64,000 nt of DNA. Source: an uncultured Gammaproteobacteria bacterium. GTDB taxonomy: Bacteria; Patescibacteriota; Microgenomatia; Levybacterales; GWA1-39-11. The position numbers and the translations under genes were made by a program. The notes under the pieces are model-generated. The model did no database searches and was not told where the DNA came from. It saw nothing but the letters and a program-made list of their open reading frames with translations. This document shows, piece after piece, positions 13,351 through 25,300 of the stretch. Every line of letters begins with the position of its first letter. Position 1 is the first letter of the stretch. Where the stretch lies: assembly GCA_964485575.1 (NCBI GenBank), contig CAZAJO010000008.1:921-64920 (forward strand), written 5' to 3'.

Positions 13351-16300
13351 TCGTTGAGGCATTTCCGCTTTCATCAATGGTAAGTCTTCTATTTCCACCA
13401 GACTGGATTTCAAGAGCTACTTGGTTTGGAGCGGCATTATTATCATTGATAATAAATGCCGATGCTGTTCCTTCGTTTGTTAAAGTAAGTGAGGTTGCAG
13501 CATTGAGACCGGAAGCAAGAGTAAAGTCGATGTTTCTACCCGAGTTTGTAAGAATTGTATTTCCGTTGTCATAGGATGATTGCAAGGTGCCTGCTGATGA
13601 GCCAACGTCGCAGAGAACTACTTCATCATCTCCATTAGTACAAAGAGGACTTCCAACAACAGTAACTAAGTTCTCTATGGTTACCGTACTGTTTGCTGCA
13701 AGTGTAGTGAATTTTCCTGATGAGCGCGTAGTGTTTCCGATTGGTGTATTGTCTATAGATCCTCCCGTTATAACAGCGTTACTTGAAGAGAGATTGTTTG
13801 CAGTAACTGCACCAACGAGATTTACCGTATCTGTTCCGGATCCGATATTAATAAAGTCTGGACTCGTGTTGTCTGTTCCGATATTGACGGTGTTACCGGT
13901 CGACAACGTTCCAATATTGATTGAGCCATTGGCTGATGCTCCGGCTCCTGCATTAATTGTGACTGATCCACCGGTTGATCCTCCGGCAGTAGATGTCCCA
14001 GCAACTAGTCTGAGATTTCCACCCGTAGCATCAACAGTAGAGCTTGCCGGATTGATAGTGATATCAGTTCCACCAACGAGGGTAGTAATGTCTGATGTGT
14101 TGTCTCCGGCAAGATATATAACTCCTGCCTCAGACACCTTAAGGGTTGATGCGCCATTTGACTGAAGATCAAAGAATGTACCGCCTCCCCCAGCTGATGT
14201 GTCATTGAGAATGAATGCACTTGCAGTACTTTGATTTTCCAAAGTGAAAGATGTTGGAAGATTAAGACCCGGAGCCAATGTGAATGCAATATTTCGTCCG
14301 TCATTTGTAAGGATTGTATTTCCATTATTGTATGAGGACTGAAGGGTTCCGGTTCCTGATCCTATTGAACATTTGATTATGTTATCGAATGAATCTATAC
14401 ATAGCGCAGTTCCTGAGCTTGTCGTCAAATTTTCGATAAGGACAGTGCTATTGGCAGCAAGTGTTGTGAATGCACCAGAAGAGCGGACGGTAGCACCAAC
14501 GCTCGTTCCATTTATAGTTCCTCCAGTAACAGTCACTCCGCTTGAGTTGAAGTTGTTAGCTGTAACTGACCCGACAAGGTTTATGGTGTCTAACAAAGAC
14601 CCTATATTGACAATATCGGCCAAGGTATCATTTGTTGCTATATTTATGACATTTCCCCCGGTTCCGGTTCCTATATAGATAGTCTTTGCACTATTACCAA
14701 TACCTAGATTAATGTCTCCTGTCGTTCCTGTATCAAGAGTTAGGGAATTGGAACCTGTAGCAGATATCGTTCCGACTCCAGCAAAAGTTAGATCGGTTGC
14801 ACTAACGCCAATTGTGTCAAGACTAATGACGCCCGTTAATGCTCCAAGCGTTGTGACATTTAATCCTCCGTTTGATGTGACCGCAAAAGTACCGGTAGCA
14901 TTGCCAATTGCTACATTTCCTGTTCCGGTTGTTGCGATGTTTACATCGGATGCACCTGAAGTTCCAAGATTTGTCGTACCTGTTGATGAAAGAGTTGTAA
15001 AGGCTCCCGTTGATGGGGTTGTTGCACCAATTGCAGTACTATTTATACCTGTTGCGGTTGCTGTGAAGTTGCCTGAAGTGATCAGTAAATTGTTGACTCC
15101 GGCATTGATAGATGATGCAGACAAACCTGAAAGACTGAGTACCCCGGAAGTTGCGGTAAGATTGATTGCCCCGGTCGTCAGGGTCAACCCATTTGATGCT
15201 GTCAAAAGACCAGCAGATGTTATAGTACCGGTTCCGGTTGTTGCTATATTTCCACTTGTTGTAAGATTTCCAAGCTCATTTATGGTCAAAGTTGCAGATC
15301 CGGAGGACTGAATCTCAAGAGCAGTATTTGTATTCTCGTTATTGTCGTTGATGATAAATGCAGAAGCTGTCCCTTGGTTTGTGAGAGTCAATGAGGTCGT
15401 CTGATCTTGACCCAATGTAAAGTCAATACTTCTTCCAGGAGTCGTTGTTATAGAGTTCCCAGTGTTGTAAGCAGCCTGCAGTCCAAATGGTGCACCGTTA
15501 CAGTACGCAAGGTTGTTACTTACGTCCAAACAAAGGGTGTTCCCATTCTGAGTCTGTAGACCATTGATCTGGATTCTCTCATTAGATGTTGTATTGAACA
15601 CTACGTTGTTACCGGTTGATGGTGTAAATACAGCAGATCCTGAAGCATCAAATGAATTTCCATTTGTGATAATCACATTTCCGTTGAAAGTAGAGATCCC
15701 AGCAACATCTAGAGTACTTCCAAGAGTAGTAGCTCCAGTCCCAACGCTAAAGGTATTGCTACCGGTGACCGTTGTATTCCCGTTCAACGAAACGTTACCG
15801 GTACCCGTGGAGAACGTGTATGCTCCAACTTGGGTAATATTATTATTGAAAGTTCCAACTCCATTGACAGTCAATGCACCTCCAAGAGTCGTAAGACCGG
15901 TTCCTACGGTAAATGTATTTGCTCCCGTTACTGATGTATTTCCATTCAGAAGAGTCAGTGCATTAATGTTGAGGTTCCCAATCCCATTTAATGGGCTTAG
16001 TGTGATTTCACCTGTTGTGTCACCACCGATGGTGAGTGCACTAAGCTCTGTGGTCTGAATAGAACGTGGTGCTCCTGCAAGTGTCAAATTACCAGAGATA
16101 GATGCATTACTGGTCGTCGTAAGCAAAGTGAAATTACCGGTTGAAGGAGTAGTTACTCCAATTGCAGTACCGTTGATACCCGTTGCGGTAGTATTGAAAT
16201 TATTTGATGTGAAAGTCAAATTGTTTCCTCCGGTGTTGATACTTGATGCAGAAAGCCCAGAAAGATTTAATGTTCCCGAAGTTGCGGTTAGATTGAGTGC

Positions 16301-19300
16301 TCCTGTTGTTAATGTCAGTCCGTTTGATGCTGTCAAAAGACCTGCAGAGGTTATTGTTCCAGTGCCGGTTGTAGAAATATTGCCACTAGTTGTTAGATTT
16401 CCAAGCTCATTGATAGTGAGTGTAGCAGATCCCGAGGACTGGATCTCAAGGGACGTATTGGTATTTGCATTGTTATCGTTAATGATAAATGCACTAGCTG
16501 TACCAAGGTTTGTTAGTGTGAGTGAAGTTGTCTGATCCTGACCCAATGTGAATGCCAAATTTCGTCCAGGAGTTGTCGTTATCGTATTTCCTGTATTATA
16601 TGCAGCTTGAAGTCCGAAAGGTGCTCCGTTACAGTACGCAAGGTTGTTACTTACGTCAAGACATAGAGTATTACCATTCTGAGTCTGTAGACCATTTATC
16701 TGTATCCTCTCAGTACCAGTAGTATTGAATACTACATTGTTCCCAGACGAAGGAGCAAAAACAGCAGCGCCTGAAGCGTTGAATGAATTACCTGTTGTTA
16801 TAAATACGTTACTGTTAAATGTTGCAGTGCCCGCAACATCAAGAGTGCTTCCAAGAGTTGTAGCACCGGTTCCGACAGTAAAGGTATTGGATCCGGTAAC
16901 TGAAGTGTTTCCATTGAGTGAAACATTACCAGTTCCTGTTGAGAATGTGCCTGTCCCTGTTTGGGAAATGTTGTTGGTAAATGTGCCGACTCCATTAACT
17001 GTTAGTGCTCCCCCGAGTGTTGTAAGCCCGGTTCCAACAGTTAAAGTGTTCGTACCTGTAACTGATGTATTACCGTTTAGAGTGATTGCGCCAGTTCCAG
17101 TTGTGAATGTGCTAGCACCTACCTGGCTTATGTTGTCATTAAATGTGGATACACCTAAGACATTCAATGTACCGTTGAATGCTGAATTTCCATTGACCGT
17201 AAAGTTACCTGCACCTGAAAGAGGGGATACCACAATATTTCCTGTCGTATTTCCACCAATTGTAAGAGTGTTGTTCTCGGTTGTCTGGATCGAGCGGGGA
17301 GCACCGGCAAGAGTTAGATCTCCAGAGAATGATGCAGTACCAGTTGTTGTTAGATTTGTGAAATTACCCGTCGATGGAGTAGTAGCACCGATGGCAGTGT
17401 TGTTTATGCCAGTAGCAGTGACGGTAAAATTACCGGATCCGATGAGTAAATTATTTCCTCCAAACTGTAGTGATGAAGCAGATAGACCAGACAAATTGAG
17501 TGCTCCTGATGTACCGGTGATATTAACAGCACCAGTCGTTACGCTGAGTCCGTTTGACGCTGTCAATAGCGCATTAGATGTTATAGTGCCTGTTCCGGTA
17601 GTTGCTATATTTCCACTCGTTGTAAGATTTCCAAGCTCGTTTATAGACAAAGTTGCAGATCCCGAAGACTGGATTTCAAGAGATGTATTAGTATTGGCAT
17701 TATTGTCATTGATGATAAATGCTGAAGCAGTACCCAGATTAGTCAGGGTAAGAGATGTTGTCTGATCTTGACCCAATGTAAATGCAAGGTCACGACCCGG
17801 AGTTGTCGTTATCGTGTTTCCGGTGTTGTATGCTGCTTGAAGTCCAAATGGAGCACCGTTACAGTATGCAAGATTATTGCTTACATCCAAACAAAGGGTG
17901 TTCCCATTCTGAGTCTGTAACCCATTGATTTGAATTCTTTCATTTGAGGATGTATTAAATACGACATTATTGCCGGTAGAAGGTGTAAATACAGCTGATC
18001 CTGAAGCATTGAATGAGTTACCAGTTGTTACAAATACGTTGCCATTAAATGTTGCTGTACTAGCAACTGTAAGCGTACTGCCCAACGTTGTCGCACCAGT
18101 TCCGACTGAGAACGTATTGCTTCCTGTGACAGATGTATTTCCATTCAAAGAAACTGTTCCAGTCCCTGTTGAGAATGTACCGGTGCCAACTTGGCTAATA
18201 TTGTTGTTGAATGTTGCAGCCCCTTGTACACTCAAAAGGCCAGTGATGTCGGTGTTACCAGCAATCTGCACAAGTCCAGTCGTATTACCACCGATAGTCA
18301 GAGTGTTAAAGTCGGTCGTCTGAATTGAGCGTGGGGCACCTGCAAGAGTCAGATTCCCAGAGAATGAGGCATTCCCCGTAGTTGTGAGTGTAGTGAAATT
18401 ACCGGTGGAAGGGGTAGTGGCTCCTATTGCAGTATTGTTGATTCCGGTCGCAGTTGTATTGAAGTTTGATGAGGTGAATGTCAGAGCATTTGCACCTGAA
18501 TCAAATGTAGACGCACCAAGTCCAGTAAGAACAATTGCGCCTGAAGAACCAGTTATGTTTACAGCTCCAGCTGTGACTGTAAGGCCATTTGAAGCAGTTA
18601 ATAATCCGTTAGATGTTATTGTTCCCCCTGAGGTTGTGAGGATATTGTCAATAGTTGAAAGAGTTCCATTCTCACTTATTGTAAGCGTAGCCGAACCACT
18701 ACTTTGAATAGACAGTGCATTTTGGATAGAAGCATTGGTGTCATTGATAACAAATGCTGCACTTCCGGTTCCGGCATTGGTGAGCAGGAACTGACGTGAT
18801 GAAAGATCAGCAAGTGTAAAGTCAATATTCCCATGAAGATCGTTAGCAACTATGGTATTTCCTGAATTGTATGCCTGCTGTAGGGTAACATTAAGAGCGT
18901 TTGATGAACAAATAGAAAGCTCGTTTGCCCCATTTCGACAAACAACTGTCGCACCAACGGTTCCTGAAAGATTTGGAATCCTTGTTATAGTATTTAGTAC
19001 TATTTGTCCCGTTCCGTCAGGTGAAAGAGTAAGATCCTCATTTGAATTGGTTGTGATATCTGTTGCAGCACCTGAGAATATGAGCCCTGTAGATCCTATC
19101 GATTTATTTGAAAGAGTCTGGGTCTGATTAGCAAAAATGAATGTGTCATCTGCAGTGAGTGCTGGAATGGTGGCAAATCTTGACGCAGAGGGAGCAAGAG
19201 ATGTGATTGTCGTAGTATTAGTCGTTCCAAGTACTACCTGGTTTGTTGTGTTTGTGAGATTTAGAGACGCAAATGTTGGCGATGATGTCGCAGCGATACT

Positions 19301-22300
19301 TTGAGGTAATGAAAGAGAAATAGTACCAGACCCATTAGCCACGAGAACTTGATTTGAAGTACCCGTAATAGTATTCAAACTAAACCCTGACCCATTCCCT
19401 ATGAGAAGAGCTCCATTTGGAGCAGCAGAACTATCCACCCCGGTTCCACCTCTCAAAGGTGCGAGTTGTTGTTCTGAGGCAAGAACACCTGATGCGTTAT
19501 TGATGACAACTCCAGCTGTTGTAAACGGAGATATGGTGACAGATGTATTTGCCGTAACTGTTGTGAATGCTGCAGTTGACGGAGTAGTGGCTCCAATAGC
19601 AGTGCTATTGATTCCAGTTGCCGTGACGTTTAAGTTTGCTGCTCCGATGAGTAAATTATTTCCCCCAAACTGTAGAGATGAGGCAGATAGACCTGAAAGA
19701 CTGAGGGCTCCTGACGTGCCTGTGATATTGACTGCCCCTGTCGTTACGGTAAATCCATTTTGTGCTGTAAGAAGTCCTGCGGATGTTATGGCACCGGTAC
19801 CAGTAGTCAGGATATTTCCGCTAGTCGAAAGGTTACCAACAGACGTTAAGTTTCCGTTCTCAGAGATAGTAAGAGTTGCGCTACCACTTGATTGAGCTTG
19901 GAATACATCCTGAAGTGAGGCATTCGTGTCGTTTATGACAAAAGCAGCTGACCCAGTCCCTGCATTTGTAAGCAAAAATTGACGGGATGAAAGGTCAGCA
20001 AGAGTAATGTCGATATTACCTTCACCATCGGTTGCGCTAATAGTGTTTCCTGCTTCGTAAGCCAGTTGGAGCGAAATATTAGCAGCATTTGCAGGACACT
20101 CAGTTATCTCGTTTGTTATATCATCACGGCACAAGGTGGTCGCGCTTAGTCCAGCAGCTGGAAGATTAAGTAGTTTGGTTATATTTGAAAGGACGATCTG
20201 ACCCGTTCCATCAGGGGTAATAGTAAGGTCTTGATTCGATACGGTTGTGATATCGGTCCCTACACCATTAAAGGTTAGTGACCCTGTCGCTGTGATTGCT
20301 CCCGTTGACAAGCTATTGCTTGTGATCGAACCAGTTGTTATAAGATTTCCATTCTCAGAAATCGTGAGCGTTGCTGAACCGCTACTTTGAATAGATAGAG
20401 CATTTTGGATAGAGGCATTCGTGTCGTTTATGACAAATGCTGCTGACCCAGTACCGGCATTGGTAAGGAGGAATTGGCGAGATGAAAGGTCAGCAAGAGT
20501 GAAATCGATATTACCTTCACCATCGGTTGCGCTTATAGTGTTTCCTGCTTCGTATGCCAGTTGAAGCGAAATATTAGCAGCATTTGCCGGACACTCAGTG
20601 ATTTCATGAGAAGAATCATCACGGCAAAGTGTTGTTCCACTTACACCTGCTAATGGTAAGTTCTCTAATCGTGCAATATTTGAAAGTACGATTTGACCGG
20701 TTCCATTAGGTGTAAGCGTAAGATCTTCGTTACTGACCGTAATCAGGTCATTTGCAGCTCCAGAGAACACGAGTCCTGATGCTCCAATAGTTTTGTTAGT
20801 CAACGTTTGCGTTTGTGCCGCAAAAATAAAGGTGTCATCAAACGTGAGCGCTGGAAGTGTTGCAATACGTGGAGCACCCGGTGCTGGAGAATTTATTGTT
20901 GTAGTGTTTATTGTTCCTAATGACAATTGGTTTGTCGTTGCAGCAAGTCCGAGATTTCCTGCATATGAAAGTGTCGCAGCGTTGTCTCCCGCATTATTCA
21001 CGAATGCCAATTGGTATGTCGGTGCAGTTGTTAAGATCTGATTTTGGAGACTGAATGTCAGGTTATTTGACGAAGCCCCATTCCAGTAGGATCCTTGTAA
21101 TGACAATAGGTTTGAATTATTCAATGTTGCTCCACTCGTTGATGTGGCAAGTCTCAAAAGAGAGAGGGTATCAACTCCTGTCTGGTCGCCGACATTAAAA
21201 GCTGTCAGAGAAGTTATCGTCGTACCATCGTCTGTAAAATTAGAATCCCCGATATTTGATCCCGTTACGGTAAACTTGGCAAGTCTATTAAGAGTTCCAG
21301 CTCCTCCGACAACTCCACCGGCTCCAGCACAGTTTCCGACAGTAAGACAGACTGTCCCGTCATAGTCTGGAATACTTATTGTCCTCAAAGTTCCAGTTGT
21401 TATTTGACTAAGATCAAATAAGAATTGCTTTGTATTATCACCGTCATCCTGGAATGTGATTGAATTATCTGTAAGTAGTTTGTTTGTTAGAGTCTGGCTT
21501 TGGTTGGCAAAGATAAATGTGTCATTTGCACTAAGTCCTGGGATCGTAGCAATCCTTGAAGCTGCTGGCGCAACCGAGGAGATAGTCGTTGTGTTCCCAG
21601 TTCCCAAAACCAATTGATTTGTTGCCGCAAGGGAAGTAAGAACTCCTGCAGTCGTTAGATTCCCGTTCTCATTAATGGTAAGAGTAGCAGAGCCACTGCT
21701 TTGAATAGATAGGGCATTTTGTACGGACGCATTTGTATCATTTATGACAAATGCAGCACTTCCTGTACCTGCGTTTGTGAGCAGGAACTGTCGTGATGAA
21801 AGATCTGCAAGAGTTAGTGAAATATCACCAAACGAGTTAGAAGCGCTGATTGTGTTTCCAGCTTCGTACGCTAGCTGAAGGGAAATGTTTGCTGCATTTG
21901 CTGGACATTCGGTGACCTGATGAGATAAATCATCGCGGCAAAGTGTCGTTGCGGCAACACCTGCGACTGGCAGGTTCTCAAGACGCGTGATATTGGAAAG
22001 AACAATCTGGCCGGTTCCATTTGGAGTAATGGTAAAGTCCTCGTTGGCAAGCGTTGAGATGTCTGTTGCAGCACCAGAGAAAACAAGACCAGTCGTACCA
22101 ATGGTCTTATTGGTGAGGGTTTGAGTTTGCTGCGCGAAAATAAATGTATCATCGACGGTAAGTGCTGGTAATGTTGCAATTCGTGGGGCAGAAGGCGCAA
22201 CCGAACTTATTGTTGTCGTGTTTCCAGATCCCAAAACCAATTGATTGGTTGCCGCTTGCGCTGTCAAAGTTGTTGCTGAAAGGATAGACCCGGTTCCGGT

Positions 22301-25300
22301 GGTTAGGATATTTCCCGACGTTGATAGGAGCCCATTTTCATTGATGGTAAGAGTTGCGCTACCACTGCTTTGGATAACGAGTGAATTATTGACAGAACCG
22401 CTCGTATCATTGATTACAAAAGCACTTGCTGTTCCGACGTTTGTTAGAAGGAGGGAAGTCGAAAGACCTGATCCTAATGTAAAGTCGATATTCCTATTTG
22501 CTGTTGTAGTTATCGTATTTCCTGAATCATAAGCAAGCTGCAATGAGACGTTGCTAGCATTTGCCGGACATTGTGTAATCTCGTTACTGACGTTATCACG
22601 ACAAAGGGTAGTTGCGGCAACTCCGGCAGCAGGAAGACTACCAAGTCTTACTGTATTCGAAAGAACAATTTGCCCAATCCCTGAAGCAGACAAAGTCAGG
22701 TCTTCATTGCTTGCGGTCGTTATGTCTGTGGCAGCACCTGAAAAGATAAGACCTGTAGATCCGATTGTCTTGTTACTTAATGTCTGCGTTTCGTTTGCAA
22801 ATACAAAAGTGTCTGACGCATTTAAAGCAGGTATCGTTGCTGTCCTTGGGACTGACTGTGAGTTGGAGTTTATAACAAGCGTATTACCGGCAGCACCTAG
22901 CGTAAGCTGATTACTTGTGTTTGAAAGTGTTTGCGATGCGAATGTCGGTGACGAAGTAGCGGCAATATCTTGAGGCGTAGAAAGAACAATTGTTCCACTA
23001 CCGTTCACAACATTTACCTGATTTGATGTACCTGAAATGTAATTAAGACTAAGTCCGGTACCATTGCCTATTAAAATCTGCCCAGGCAAAGCTGCTGATG
23101 TATCAAGGCCTGTTCCTCCTCGAGCCGGATTGAGTTGAGCGATAGTTGAGAAAACTCCCGAAGAATTATTGATTACAACTCCATCTGTTATGAAGCTTGA
23201 AAGAGTAAAAGCACCATTTGCCGACAGGTTAGTAAAAGCACCCGTTGAAGGGGTAGTACTACCCACAGCAGTACTGTTGATTCCGGTAGCTGTTGTGTTG
23301 AGGTTTGCTGATGTAATGAGTAAGTTATTTACTCCAGTTGATATACTTGAACCAGATAGGCCTGACAAATTAAGCGTACCTGCAGTAGCGGTAAGGTTAA
23401 GAGTGCCGGTTGTTAATGTAAGACCGTTTGATGCAGTAAGTGTTCCGGCTGAAGTAATAGTACCTGCTCCGGTTGTTAAGATATTTCCACTCGTTGACAA
23501 AATACCGTTCTCGTTGATGGTAAGTGTCGTTGAACCACCTGATTGCACTTCCAATGCATTCTGGATAGCAGCATTTGTATCATTGATAACAAGTGCTGAA
23601 GAGGCGGTTCCTGCATTTGTTAGGGTTAATGCACGGGCACTATCAGATGCCAACGTAAAGTCTAAGTTGCCGATAGAATCTGAAACGCTTATCGTGTTTC
23701 CGGAATTGTAAGCAAGTTGCAGTGAAATGCCACCAGCGTTTGCTGGACATTGAGTTATCTCGTTGCTGACGTTATCGCGACAAAGAGTTGTAGCACTTAC
23801 CCCAGGCCCTGGAAGATTTAAAAGACGGGTAGTGTTGGAAAGAACGATTTGCCCTGTCCCATTTGGAGTAATGGTGAAGTCTTCATTGGCAAGCGTTGAA
23901 ACATCAGTCGCTGCTCCTGAAAAGGTAAGGCCGGTCGCACCGATAGTCTTGTTGGAAAGAGTCTGTGTTTCATTGGCAAAGACAAATGTGTCATCCGCAG
24001 AAAGTGCTGGTAGTGTCGCAATTCTGGCAGCTCCCGGAGCAGGAGAGGTAATAGTTGTCGTGTTACCGGTCCCCAAGACTATCTGGTTTGTAACAGCCTG
24101 AGCAGTCAATGTTGTTGCAGAGACAATTGTGCCGGCACCAGTCGTTAGGATATTGCCGGATGTTGATAAATTATCTCCAGCAGTTGTTGGGGCGATTGTA
24201 GAGGTTCCATTGTTGCGGGTGAAAAATCCGACAGTACCCGAAGTATTGGTTGTTGTTATATTTCCAGAACATACAAGATTGCCAGTTGCGTCATCAATTG
24301 TACATCCCGTTGTGCCTGATCCCCCTGCAAGAGAAACATCCCCATCAGACGCAATTAGGAGCGCTTGCGCTCCTGTAGTGGTGTTGTATATCGTGAATTG
24401 TGACGTATCCACATTCACGGAATAATCATCCTGACCCACATCACTATCCACGAAAAATACCGAAGGATCAGAATTGGCTATAGTGATATCTCCGCCTGCT
24501 GTAGTTGTACCGGTGAGATAAAGATTTCGATAACGCCTGAGCGCAGAACCGAGATCGTAGGTATCATCAGCACTTGGTCCGATACTTCCAGCAACCTCAA
24601 GCCTAAAAGGATTACCATCAGCATCGAGGTCATCTGGTGCAACACCAATACCGAGACGGCCATTCGGAATCGTGACGAGTCCCGCTCCAATCGTCGCAGT
24701 GTCTAGGGCAGAACCGATATTGATGATATCAGCGGCAGTGTTGTCCGTTGCAATATTTATGACGTTTCCAGCCGTACCTGTGCCGACATTGATGATTTTT
24801 GCATTGTTTCCGGTGCCAAGATTGACTGTGCCGGTCGTGCCACTGTCAAGCGTCAAAGAGCTAGCTCCAGCAGAGAGCACTGACCCTGCACCTGTAAAAC
24901 TAAGGATTGTACCGCCTAGGTTAAAGTTGTTAGCAACGCCTGTTACTGATGTCAAGGTAGAAGATAATTGGATGTTGGCTTCTCCTGATGGACTTTCTGT
25001 GACATCAAAATCTCCACCAAGAAAATCCAGAGCATTTATCACATTCGAGACGACTACATCATTCTCTTTGATAGTTGCAACAGCAAAAGATGTGATATTA
25101 GTCCAAGAAGGAATGCCTGATGGGTCAACTGTTAAAAACTGTCCAGTCGTTCCGATCGGCAGCCCTGCAAGAACGTCAGTGGAAGCTGCATAGATGATGT
25201 CACCGGTCGTGTATGTAGAAAGTCCAGTTCCACCTACACCAACACTTATAAGTCCCGTCTTTATTGCTTCTCCGGCTACCGATCCTCCAGACCCAATTGT

